From Octopus vulgaris (lineage: Eukaryota): a DNA stretch of 64,000 bases. Position 1 is the first letter of the stretch. The number at the start of each line of letters is the position of its first letter. Below the pieces are notes generated by a model that was given only the letters and a program-made list of their open reading frames with translations, searched no databases and was not told where the DNA came from. Of the stretch, positions 13,496-32,846 are shown one piece after another. The stretch lies in assembly GCA_951406725.2 (NCBI GenBank), contig OX597834.1, forward strand, positions 8,618,001-8,682,000. The letters run 5' to 3'. A program made the translations under genes and the position numbers.

Positions 13496-13934
13496 GGATC
13501 TGTTTGGTTTGAACGGCAGTTTTTAAAAATAATTTCCACGTAACTAAACACATTTAAACTTCGTATACTGGTAGAATGTGTTTATAAAACATATTTTTCT
13601 CTTGGCTTTATTGAGACAATTCTATAGTTTGTAAGATATTTGTTGTTGTTTTTTCTCCAATTTCTGCAATTTCAACCAATCAATGACGTCTATTGAGGTG
13701 AGAACATTCTGTGCCCTATGAATATGGCCCTCGTTTAAGAAACAGATTGGGTTTATTTACATTTGTGAAGAAAAAAATACACCCTTCCCCCACCCCTAAC
13801 CTTAACCCTAACTCTAACTAACCCTAACCCTAAAATAGATTGAAATGCAATAGATCAATACTAGGGTCATAATTATGGGTAACAATTTCATTTGACACCG
13901 CTAGAAAAAACTGCCGTTCAAACCGAAAATATCC
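13496..13934. mobile_element. MITE with 29-bp TIRs, 8-bp TSD and an internal (CCCTAA)n tract (Merlin-like)
   Basis: TIRs GGATCTGTTTGGTTTGAACGGCAGTTTTT vs reverse complement GGATATTTTCGGTTTGAACGGCAGTTTTT; TSD ATGCATTC (13488-13495) / AAGCATTC (13935-13942). GG termini plus an 8-bp TSD fit the Merlin superfamily. Confidence 0.8.
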
Positions 13935-14330
13935 AAGCATTCATTACCAAAGCCATTCCTTTGCTTTCCCTTTATTTCTATGTAACTCCTATCATTTTCC
14001 CTCTCTCTCTCTCGCTCTCCAAATCTCATATTTTGTCAATTTCTTTCTTTCTGAACAAAACAGGCTGTGATAAAATTGGGAGAAGGATGGATTGTGCTAT
14101 GTTTAAAATAAAGTTGGCCTTGATGGCGCCCTGACGTCCAGGTCAGAGATTCATGACTCAAGCAAAGGCAGCATTCTGAATTTTCGTTGAAGTAACTCAT
14201 AAATATTATTCTGGAATATAACAAAGACAGGAATGTCGTTCGCGATTAAATTAGTCCAGTTATGTCTCAGTTCACATTGTACCAGTGGTCAGACAATGGT
14301 AGTGTAATTGCTTGGTAAATCAGCCATTTA

Positions 14331-14754
14331 CAAAACAGTGGGAAATTTCAATTAAATTATTTAATTTATTTCGTGTTTGGATATGGTTTGCAAGATTCTT
14401 TATATGAGTTCGTGCGTTGAATCATATTCTGTTGTGTCTGGGGAGAGTAATTCTCTTTTAATTCCTTATTATTTAACACACTCACCGGTAAAATTCCCAC
14501 TTATTTCTTTTTTTTTTTTTCTAAATAGTCTAAATAGTCAAGGCTATTGAAAAGGTTGCAAGACGCAACGAAAATAAGAAATTAGTGGAAATTTTACCAG
14601 TGAGTGTGTTAAATAATAAGGCACTAAAAGAGAATGACTCTCCTCAGACACAACAGAATATGCTTCAACACACGAACTCGTATAAATAATCTTGCAAACC
14701 AAATCCAAAAACAAAATAAATTAAATGATTTGATTGAAATTTTCCACTTTTGTG
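14331..14754. mobile_element. Complete foldback MITE (~190-bp arms) flanked by TA (Tc1/mariner-type)
   Basis: TA|CAAAACAGTGGGAAATTTCAATTAAATTATTTAATTTATTT ... AAATAAATTAAATGATTTGATTGAAATTTTCCACTTTTGTG|TA; arms complementary over most of the length. Confidence 0.85.
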
Positions 14755-14756
14755 TA

Positions 14757-15181
14757 GATTATATCAACCACAGTGCGTAACTGGTACTTATTTAATCAAC
14801 CTCGAAAGAGATGAAAGGCAAAGTCGACCCCGGCGGAATTTGAACTCAGAACGTAGCGGCAGACGAAATACCTATTTTTTTTACTACCCACAAGAGGATA
14901 AACACAGAGAGGACAAACAAGGACAGACAAACGGATTGAGTCGATTATATCAACCACAGTGCGTAACTGGTACTTATTTAATCGACCCTGAAAGGATGAA
15001 AGGCAAAGTCGACCTCGGCGGAATTTGAACTCAGAACGTAGCGGCAGATCAAATACCTATTTCCTTATTTCTTTACTACCCACAAGGGACTAAACACAGA
15101 GAGACCAAACAAGGACAGACACATGGATTAAGTCGACCCCAGTGCGTAACTGGTACTTACTTAATCGACCCCGAAAGGATG
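14757..15181 (-). mobile_element. SINE family B headless array (3 partial bodies)
   Basis: Three CTGGTACTTA units (~14783, 14969, 15152); both ends truncated. Confidence 0.9.
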
Positions 15182-15192
15182 CAAATGGCTGA

Positions 15193-15368
15193 TTTGTCCC
15201 CCTAGCATTGCTTGACAACCGATGCTGGTGTGTTTATGTCCCCGTAACTTAGCGGTTCGGCAAAAGAGACCGATAGAATAAGTACTGGGCTTACAAAAGA
15301 ATACAAGATGACGAGGCCTGCAACAAGCTCTGAGTCTAAAACTGAAACAAGTAAAAGAGTAAAGAGTA
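15193..15368 (+). mobile_element. SINE family A, 3' half
   Basis: TTTGTCCCCCTAGCATTGCTTGACAACCGATGCTGG...ACTGAAACAAGTAAAAGAGTAAAGAG. Confidence 0.85.
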
Positions 15369-15859
15369 ATAGCAACAACATCAAGATATTACTAAATTAC
15401 GTTTGTTTGTAGCTCTTCTTCTGGCGTCGATAAACTTAATACCAGTCATGCATTGGATGGGATTCGATCGTCTGTAATCACTAAAAACGAATGTGTGCCA
15501 CCCTTTCTGACATTCTCTACCATTCTACAGAATCATCAGAATCTACGATTAATAACAGTACTACGTTGATTATTTATATTCTTAGCGGCATCTTCATCCC
15601 CAACATTATTGCCATTCCTAAGAATGATCATCACAATCGTGATCAACAATATCGACTTCGAGATCGTCGTCGGATAACGATTGATTTGTTATTTCATTCG
15701 ATTGAACATAATATATATTCATAGAATCTTTTTGTTGGAACTTCGTTATAAACCTTTATGTTTTATAAAATATAATCCAGCAGGAACGACGCAAATAATT
15801 TCTTTTTTTTTTTTACTTCTTCTTTTACAGATTTTTTGTTCTATATGTTTGTACACACA

Positions 15860-18700
<2,841 letters not shown>

Positions 18701-19439
18701 TTGTATATTTACTATAGTCTATGTTAGAACAATACATACATCTTCACTGATGTTGCATACCCAAGACGGCCATTAAAAAAATTGTTTTTTCTTCACAGAA
18801 CACTTAAAACTCCTATAAGCATATTGAAAAGTTGATGATGTTGTATATCAAATATCAAACTTCCGCTATGTATTTGTCCTCCTCACTGATCACGTCCATC
18901 TTCCTTTCATCTCTGATTATGCAGTAGTTGGAATTGCAACATCAATCTTATAAACTTAAATTCGTTATCACATCCTCTAATGTACATCTGCAATAACTTC
19001 GAACAATTTTTCGTTCTTCTGAGATTTACTTGCGAAAATGTTTATTTAATTCAATTTCCCCCAGACTTCGTCAGGAAGAATGGATAGTGAATATAGCATT
19101 CGATGGTTATCCAAAGCTATTATGATCAGTATGGTTTTGTTCATTTTACATATTGGTTGGTAGACGTCGGCTGGAAATATGGTCGACACGTGGAAATTAT
19201 AAACGAGAAGTTTTGTGTGGAATACTTGGAGTGATATTAGGTATTGAGTTTACACCGGTCAGTCGAAATAGATTTTGTTATTGTGAACTGTGATGTTTAT
19301 GTAGCAACTATAGTTATGACCAATGTCTTGCTACAATTTCAATTTGAGATTACTAGTAGGCCATTAACTCATCAGACGTGCTGAATCACTTTCCAATGAA
19401 AGAAAATTGCTAGGCTTTGATAAACTTTATATATATATA

Positions 19440-19611
19440 GGCGCAGGAGTGGCTGTGTGGTAAGTAACTTGCTTACCAACCACATTGTTCCGAGTTCAGT
19501 CCCACTGCGTGGCATCTTATGCAAGTGTCTTCTACTATAGCCTCGAGCCGACCAAAGCCTTGTGAGTGGATTTGGTAGACGGAAACTGAAAAGAAGCCCG
19601 TCGTATATATG

Positions 19612-19649
<38 letters not shown>

Positions 19650-19876
19650 CGTATATTTGTGTGTCTATGTTTGTCCCTCTAGCATTGTTTTGACAACCGA
19701 TGCTGGTGTTTTTACGTGGCTGTCACCTAGCGGTTCGGCAATAGAGAGCGATAGAATAAGTACTGGGTTTACAAAGAATAAGTCCCGGGTCGATTTGTTC
19801 GACTAAATGCGGTGCTCCAGCATGGCCGCAGTCAAATGACTGAAACAAGTAAAAAGAGTAAAAGAGTAAAAGAGTA
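19440..19876 (+). mobile_element. SINE family A, full length
   Basis: GGCGCAGGAGTGGCTGTGTGG head to (AAAAGAGT)n tail, with internal microsatellite. Confidence 0.92.
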
Positions 19877-20012
19877 TATGATGTGAGTGCCAAATATGAT
19901 AACATGTTCTAACTATTGTGATATAGTCGAAAGTGTAATTGCTTATTTGTTCGTTTGATATCAGTGATTACTGAATATCCGTACTATTCAAAGAAACTAC
20001 GGTAAAAATACC

Positions 20013-20245
20013 TATTTCTTTACTACCCACAAGGGGCTAAATACAGAGAGGACAAACAAGGACAGACAAACGGATCAAGTCGATTATATCGACACCAGTG
20101 CGTAACTGGTACTTAATTTATCGACCCCGAAAGGATGAAAGGCAAAGTCGACCTCGGCGGAATTTGTACTCAGAACGTAACGGCAGACGAAATACCGCTA
20201 AGCATTTCGCCCAGTGTTCTAACGATTCTGCCAGCTCGCCACCTT
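20013..20245 (-). mobile_element. SINE family B monomer
   Basis: Full head and body; 17-bp TSD ACTACGGTAAAAATACC (19996-20012, 20252-20268). Confidence 0.92.
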
Positions 20246-21063
20246 AACTTTACTACGGTAAAAATACCCTTTTGCAGCACGTTTTACAGCCTCTTATTCA
20301 AGAACACTATACAGGTATGATATACGGTTAAAGCAGATTATAGGGGAGCGGTTTGATTACGGAAATTACAGAACGATGAGGATTTATTTCCTTTGCATAA
20401 TAATAATATTCACTGGACGTTACAACCAGAAGACTGTATAAAATGAAAAAGTGAGAGGAGTAACCAAAGCAGGGTAATGACTAGAATTTGTAGGGTGTAG
20501 ACCATAATTAATCATGCCGTAGCACGCCAGTTGTAGAGTTACATAAGAGGGCAACATTTCCAAGCGCGAGACAGGCGAGATATTTTAAGGTATCAAGGAC
20601 ACGTAAGATCACTACGCGATAGCTAAAGCTGGCGGCAAAAAGGTGGTAGTACAATTGCTGTGAATATCAGGAAGATATACTGCTGGTTACTAAGGTGAAA
20701 GACAGAAATTCAAATTAATGGAAAAGTTGATTATTAGAAACTAGTTCCTCATTCGTTCAGATGATGGCATCGAGAACTATTGTTCAATATTTGCTTAGGA
20801 TTAGAATATTCATGACTCGTTCAAATTACGATTGATTAATAGTGTTCTTGTTGATTGAACCGCATTCTAAGATAATCCCTTTCCAATCCTTAACTGCAGG
20901 TTGAATCTGTATGTGTTGATTCTGTGTTACTAAATTATGTTACTCAATTATGAATAACTTTCTGGATCGTAAATGCGACGCAAGATTCCCCATTTGTATA
21001 GTAAGAGCAGCAACGTATGTAGTGTGCCTTGCTAAACCGATGAAGTATTTATGCAATAAATAT

Positions 21064-21437
21064 GAGTGACTCTGTGGTAAGTAGCTTGCTTACCAACCAC
21101 ATTGTTCCGTGTTCAGTCCCACTGCGTGGCACCTTGAGCAACTGTCTTCTACCAAAGCCTTGTGAGTGGATTTGGTAGACGGAAACTGAAAGAAGTTCGT
21201 CGTATATATGTATATATATATGTGTGTGTGTGTCGTGTGTGCGTCGTGTATGTTTGTGTGTCTGTGTTTGTCCCCCTAGCATTGCATGACAACCGATGCA
21301 GATGCGTTGATGTCCCCGTCACCTAGCGGTTCGGCAAAAGAGACCGATAGAATAAGTACTGGGCTTACAAAGAACAAGTCTCGGGGTCTCGGGGCCGCAG
21401 TCAAATGACTGAAACAAGTAAAAGAGAGTAAAGAGTA
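21064..21437 (+). mobile_element. SINE family A with internal deletions
   Basis: Homologous to 19440-19876. Confidence 0.9.
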
Positions 21438-22479
21438 ATATAAACAGGTTTGTGACACACTGTAAATGATGAAGTATATTATCATTGTCACGTAGTTAAC
21501 GTTGAGTTTCAAGATGACGATGTAACCCGGGGCACAAATATATAATGCCTAGGGCTGATGAAACGGTTGTATTTGTTTTTAAAGTTCATATAAAACGCTT
21601 CAAACCTTGTCCATATTTCTTTTTCCTATCTAAACGTTCAGCAGAATGCATTGTTTTTATAATATCCTACTGTAGTGTATCACGTTTGTGGCCTTATAAC
21701 TTCAATAAACGTTGTTATGTTTTGTTTCATATGGATAATAAAAAATGCAATCTCATATATATTACCAACACGTTTTGACCATAAAGAATCTCTTAGATAA
21801 ATATGTGAAATATAAAACAAAGATGGTGATCATCAAAACTAAAGAAGACTAATAAAAATAAGTGATAAAGAAAAAACCTATTGTAAAATCTATTATTTTC
21901 TAAGGAATAAACAGGAACAAACTGAAAATAGCGAAATAAAGATATTGTTTCCGAAATTAACTGCTTTACTGTCACGCATACAACATAAAATTGCAAATGA
22001 GAAGAAAGTACATACGGATTATACAAACCACGTTGAACTTAAAATATTTGACACCTGATGTTTTAAGCACACACTCTTCATCTTAATACAACATTGCCTT
22101 GAAATTACATAATGTAAAAGGAGATAGCCTTTTAAGTGTGTGGGGAAAAATATTTAAAGATGTGTTTTTCAATGTTATACCTTTGTGTGCTTGCTTTTTT
22201 TCTAGTTTATTTTTTTTATTCCTCGGCAATAAACAGAAATACCTCAGCTGTAATTTATAACTCAAGTCCATTAGCAGACTCATGAAGCAATCACTATAAC
22301 CTTCCAGCTATTCAGCATTTGACTTTAATGCGTTATTCATCGAGAAATTTTAACAAAACAAGGTGAGTAACGAGGGTGGAGTTTTGCTCTTTAAAAAATA
22401 AAACTTGCACTGAATATTCATCGTACCAACAAATAGTCACGTACAAAATAAAATGCAAACGTATACCAACACTTCAAGT

Positions 22480-25060
<2,581 letters not shown>

Positions 25061-25369
25061 CATGCTCGTAAGTATATATCCCGTTATTGAGAAGCCTTAA
25101 AGAGGGGTCATTAATTTGAAGCCATACGACTTCTATTAGCGTAATTGCTTCTTTTCTTTCCATTCAGTTCTTTATTTGCCGAGCGTAGTGTGGACGTATA
25201 TATGTGTGACCGGTTGTGCGTGAGATCAGACGTGCATTTATGTAGGCGCGTGTGTGTGTGTGTTTGTGTGTGTTTGTGTGCGTGCGTCTGCATTGATGTG
25301 GGTAGAAGGTACAAGAAATTCTAATAGTACGTTTTAGAAAATATATAATGCAGCTTTTTCCCCCATGTT

Positions 25370-25545
25370 TTGTTGGCGAGGCGAGGCGAGGCGGGGGTCG
25401 GGGGTAGGGCGGGAAGAAAGAAAGAAAGAAAGAAAAAATCTGCTTGCGAAAGATTAAATAAATAAATATAGAAAAATAACGAGCAAATAGAATTTGCTTT
25501 CGCACCATTTTGTATTTTGTATCGATCTATAACAAAATGGTGGTA
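25370..25545. promoter_or_regulatory. Candidate promoter/enhancer-like GC-rich patch
   Basis: (GGCGA)3, a GGGCGG GC box at ~25407, and an inverted pair of YY1-like motifs CACCATTTTGT (25503-25513) / ACAAAATGGTG (25532-25542). Motif evidence only. Confidence 0.3.
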
Positions 25546-25557
25546 GAAACAGATAAA

Positions 25558-25609
<52 letters not shown>

Positions 25610-26347
25610 TGAAAGAAAGACAGGGAGAGAAAGACAGAGTGATGTAGGCGTGTGTACGGGGAGAAGGCTTAAATAGGTTTTCTTGGTCACCTCCTATAGC
25701 GATGTTTCAACTATTGCTAGTACTCTTACTAGCATACATATATAAATATCAAACCTCTACCTCATCGCCATCATTATCATCGTTAAAATCGCCATGATCA
25801 TCATCCACAGCATCATCGTTATATGAATAATAGCAATCATCACCATCATCATCATCATCATCACAAGCCGTGCGATCAACATCATTATCATCCGCATCAG
25901 AATCGTCAATATGAAATAACCTTACTATTGATTTAATGCTAACTGCGGCGGCCGCGTAAATTTCAATATATATTCACAAATTGTACAGATTTGTGGCGGC
26001 ATAGTATAGGATTTGGTAGTAAAAACAGTGATAGATAGACATATAGATAAGCAGATATACAGATAGTTGGATAGATAGATCGATATATAGAGAGATAGAG
26101 GTGGGAAGCGGGAGAGAGAAAGAGGGAGTGAAATTAAGAAAAAGAGAAAAAGCAATAAAGTGTGATTGCTGGCTGAACGTATATACGTATACATACATTG
26201 TTATCAATCATATCTATATAAATATATATTATACATCATAGTTGCACTAGTATCACCGCTTGGCTCTCACTGCATTTGCATATGCTTAAAATATGCATAC
26301 ATTTATATATACATATATATATATATATATATACGTGTGTGTGTATA

Positions 26348-26383
<36 letters not shown>

Positions 26384-26536
26384 ATTAATTTTATGTATCT
26401 ATGAACACGTAGACACGCACTCGCACACAAACAGACTTACGTGTAATAGATCTAATGCGATCAGGTTTACTAAAAAATTTTTTTTAAATGTTAGTAAAAA
26501 TATTATGTGGTTTCTATAACAGAACGAAAGCAACAG

Positions 26537-26537
<1 letters not shown>

Positions 26538-26581
<44 letters not shown>

Positions 26582-26605
26582 AATCATTATTATTATTATT
26601 ATTTC

Positions 26606-26636
<31 letters not shown>

Positions 26637-26746
26637 ATTATTAATAGTAGTAGTAGTGGTGGGGTGGTGGTGGTGGTGGTGGTGGTGGTGGTGGTGGTGG
26701 TGGTGGTGGTGGTGGTGTTGGTGGTAGCAGCAACAGCAGTAGTAGT

Positions 26747-26802
<56 letters not shown>

Positions 26803-26845
26803 CAGTAGCAGCAGCAGAAGCAGCAGCAGCAGTAGTAGCATTAGT

Positions 26846-26877
<32 letters not shown>

Positions 26878-26885
26878 TAGTAGTA

Positions 26886-26940
<55 letters not shown>
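26538..26940. repeat. Compound trinucleotide microsatellite (TTA)n-(TGG)n-(TAG/CAG)n
   Basis: Directly visible. Confidence 0.95.
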
Positions 26941-27539
26941 TGAAGTGAGAGGTTTCACGGGCAGACCATGAGGTGGCGCCGTCGTGTTGATTTTGGTGGA
27001 TCCAGTGGAGACGGGAAAGACGACGATGGCTTTGGCAGTTGTGGTCCCCGCGCGGCTGTGAGGGCGGTGAGGGCGGTAAAGGTGTCTGTAGTGGTGCTGT
27101 CGGTGGTGGTGATGGTTTGACGGCGGGTGTGTGTGTGTGATTACTGCCCTTGTTCGACATAGTTCTTTGAATGATCGTTGCAGCAAGATACGACCGCAGT
27201 TGGTTTGCACGGACAATCATGATGATGAATACGGACTGTTTTAAATGTCTAATGCCATGGATTGAAATCATAATATACGAGATGTGATACATATAACTCT
27301 GTTTTAGTTATGCATGAAAGCCAAATAAGATGGCCGAACAGTAAACGATTGAGTAAGCGGCGCACAAAAAGTCATGTACGATGAAAAATCACTTTGGCTG
27401 CGATTCATGAAGACGAATAGGGTTATGAGCTGTCTGTCAAATTATTGATCTTCGTTATTATGAGTTGCAAATCTTAGCGTTAATGTATGCGCTAGTGCAG
27501 AAGATATTCTCAGAAAACGTACATGTATATAACTACCTT

Positions 27540-29750
<2,211 letters not shown>

Positions 29751-30129
29751 CCTGCGCGTATTCATATTAGTGTAAATATATATGCATGTACTGTGTGTTT
29801 CTAGTGTGAAAGTTTCCGACAGAACCTGAGTCCCAGAGTAGAGAATACGTCTAAAGAAGCGACGAGATAGCGCCAATTTTGTTTTAAACCTATCAAAAAC
29901 ACAGCCAAAGAATTTTATAACCAGCGAAATAATGCTGGCGAAAGCCATAACATCCTGTGATATATCACATTTGAAAGTTACTTTTACTATACTGGCAAAA
30001 GAAGCAACCAAATATTATGGTAGTAACTATAGCCTTGTTCCAACAGATTGTGTGAATGTTTAAATCGTTCTACGAGATTGTCTCTGAACACTGTAAACTT
30101 CAAATTGTCATAAGTTTGGTATCTAGTTA

Positions 30130-31401
30130 TTGGGTCAGCGACTATGTTGCCGCCGTTTTTATAAATTAAAATATTTTTAAAAGGTTTTATAAAAAAAGAA
30201 AGAACTAATTAATCAATAATGTATTCAAACTTGTTGTTTACATCTTCGGCCCAACGTTCAACCAGGTTTTCTATACCTCGTTGGTAGAAATCACCCGTTT
30301 TCGACTTGCAAAATTGATCCAAACAAGCCCTCAATTCTGCATTGAACGAAACTCTGCACCTAGCATTTGAATGAGATCGAAAGAGGCGGAAATCGCTTGG
30401 TGCTAAATCAGGAGTAGGGTTGGTGTGGCAGCACTTCCACATGCGTTTGAATAACTTCCTTGGTCATGTTGGCGATCGTTGTCGGGCAGCAGAAAAAACT
30501 CCATGCTGCCTATTAGGTTTTTTTTCTTGAATAGCCGTGTTGAGTCGTCCCATCTGTTGAAAATAGAGTTCTGCGTTGACCGTTGGGTTCCGTTCAAGCA
30601 ATTCGTAACGGATAATCCCTTCCCAGTCCCACCATACGCACAACATCGTTTTACGCGGATGAAGATCTTGTTTCACGCGCGGTGTCGCTTATTTATCGGG
30701 GCTAAGCCCTTCCTGACGCACATTCTTATTCATGTACAGGCACCAGTTTTCGTCGGCAGTAACGATTCTGTAAAGAATCGTTGCTTGTGTCCATGAGTTG
30801 AACGGTGTTGTGCAAGCATATCAGTTAAGATTGTGGCACGTTGATTTTTGTTGGTGTTATTTAAAGCATGCGGAACCCATGTTCCATACTTCTGAACCTT
30901 TCCTATCGAGTGAAGATACTTCTCTATAGCAGTGTTGGAGCATTCCATTCTCTCTGCCAGTTCCCTTGTCGTTTGATGAGAATTTTCGTGCAAAAGTTTG
31001 TCTAATACCTCTTCATCGAACTCAACTGGACGGCCAGTACGAGGTGCATTTTTGAGGTCAAAATTTCAATTTTTTAACTTGGCATACCAATCACGAGCTT
31101 TTCTTTCAGTTATGGCACTCTCTCCATACAAAGCACAACTATCCCGAGCAGGTTTTACGGCCTTAGAACCTTGATTAAAAGCAAAATGAAGGAGGTGTCG
31201 ATAATGCTCGTTTTTCTTAACTTGACATCCTCTTTAATTATCTGAAAATTAACGAAAATTAACTAAAATTAACTAGAAAAAAAAAATAGAGTCCAAAATG
31301 ATTCAAATCTAGAATTCTAGAAAAAAAAACGATTCCTAAATTTAAAAACGCAATAAATTCCAAAATTTATAAAAACGGCGGCAACATAGTTGCCAAGCCA
31401 A
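30130..31401 (-). mobile_element. Full-length (1272 bp) mariner transposon, mellifera-like TIRs, inactive
   Basis: TIRs TTGGGTCAGCGACTATGTTGCCGCCGTTTTTATAAATT vs reverse complement TTGGCTTGGCAACTATGTTGCCGCCGTTTTTATAAATT; TA duplications at 30128-30129 and 31402-31403. Confidence 0.95.
30209..31233 (-). pseudogene. Mariner DD34D transposase pseudogene
   Basis: Fragments CQVKKNEHYRHLL...FDLKNAPRTGRP...TWVPHAL...HPRKTMLCVWWDWEGII...PDNDRQH...PDLAPSDFRLFRS...FYQRGIENLVERW; start codon lost; stops and frameshifts present. Confidence 0.95.
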
Positions 31402-31647
31402 TAGGATAAATTACTGCGTTAATCTACACACAAAAAAAAACACACACAACTATATGGTACAGTTTATTGAAAGTTCTATGAAATTCCACGAAACCTTCAG
31501 TAATGTGCGAATATGCAAAATACGTATCCAAAATATTCTTTGAAAGTTTCATGTATCGATTATATATATCGATGAGCTGTATTTACGTATCAATAATGTG
31601 GCATTTAAAGAGCACAAGCACAAACACGTTTGTAGGAAGATGCATGG

Positions 31648-31936
31648 GTACTAAATTTTTCGACCCCGAAAGGATGAAAGGCAAAGTCAACCTAGGAGGA
31701 ATTTGAATTCAGAACGTAAAGGAAGACGAGACACCTGTTTCTTTACTGGCCATAAGGGGCTACAAACAGAGGGGGCAAACAAGTACCAGTGCGTAACTGG
31801 TACTTATTTAATCGACCCCGAAAGGAAGAAAGGCAAAGTCGACCTCGGCGGAATTTGAACTCAGGACGTAACGGCAGACGAAATATCGCTAAGCATTTCG
31901 CCCGGCGTGCTAACGTTTCTGCCAGCTCGCCGCCTT
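31648..31936 (-). mobile_element. SINE family B, head + body + partial second body
   Basis: Two copies of the CGACCCCGAAAGGA(T/A)GAAAGGCAAAGTC module; one head ending GCCAGCTCGCCGCC. Confidence 0.88.
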
Positions 31937-31985
31937 ACGTCTCATGAAAAATATAACTTTGCGACTTATGAATATCAATATTTTT

Positions 31986-32159
31986 CTCAATAAGAATGAA
32001 TTAACTTGAAAATTATTGAATGCCAAATATCCAATAAACACTCTGACACCTAACAAATGAAGACTATATCTTAATGGAGACGGTGCAATAATAAACTAAG
32101 GAGTTTTTATTGGATATTCGGCATTCAATAGTTTTCAACTTGCTAGTATAGTTATTGAG
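31986..32159. repeat. Short inverted repeat (~40-bp arms)
   Basis: ACTTGAAAATTATTGAATGCCAAATATCCAATAAACACTC (32004-32043) vs GAGTTTTTATTGGATATTCGGCATTCAATAGTTTTCAACT (32101-32140); outer CTCAATAA/TTATTGAG. Confidence 0.75.
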
Positions 32160-32846
32160 CTTACGTTTATGTAGAGTTTTGTTCATCACATTTCCCAATT
32201 GGTAAGCCACATGTATTCCGGTGGAGATACATGTCATCCAGCCTATTTGTTACACAAATTCATGCAGCATTGAAGTTACGGTAAACGAGCGGTGGTCCCC
32301 GGGCGACATCTTCACAGGCGTGGCATATCTGGGTTGCTTTATAAGCCCGTGTATGTAGTACATTCTCTAGGGCTTCCATGATAGGCACACGCACTAGAAA
32401 CACCACTGATGAGTGGATTATGGGAAGAAACCACAATAGTGATGACCAACAGACAGCCTGTTCAGAGTACATATCAATGCATAAGTTGAAGATCTGTGTT
32501 GTTAATAAAATGTATGGGTAGTTGTGCGTGCGAAATTGTTTGATTAAGAGAAATGTAAGTATGGATACTTGCTTGAAGGTGTGGGTGATACTGGGTCAGG
32601 GTAACAGCATGCGCGTTCATAGATGTACTGTGGTGTGGTGTAGTTTAATGTGGATGCGTAGAGTGCGGTATATTGGTGTGCAGTTATGACTGCGCATTTT
32701 ATACAGGCAGGGTCGATAAACCATCTAGGAGGATGTGAAATATAACACAGAGTCTGGTGTGGGGGCGAAATTATACTGGAAGTACAAATGAAGTCATCAC
32801 TGATTGAGGAGTTTGTTGCGTAAGAGAGTTACGCATTAAGATTGAT

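Noticed and set aside
13794-13833. True telomere or chromosome-fusion scar
   Set aside because: The tract is short, degenerate and internal to a TIR-bounded element.
29805-30063. ~75-codon stop-free stretch on the plus strand
   Set aside because: No recognisable domain or convincing splice-site pair; the length is compatible with chance.
32400-32445. CTGATGA...GAAA hammerhead-like boxes (also ~5561 and ~21555)
   Set aside because: No credible stem II or stem III pairing; expected by chance.
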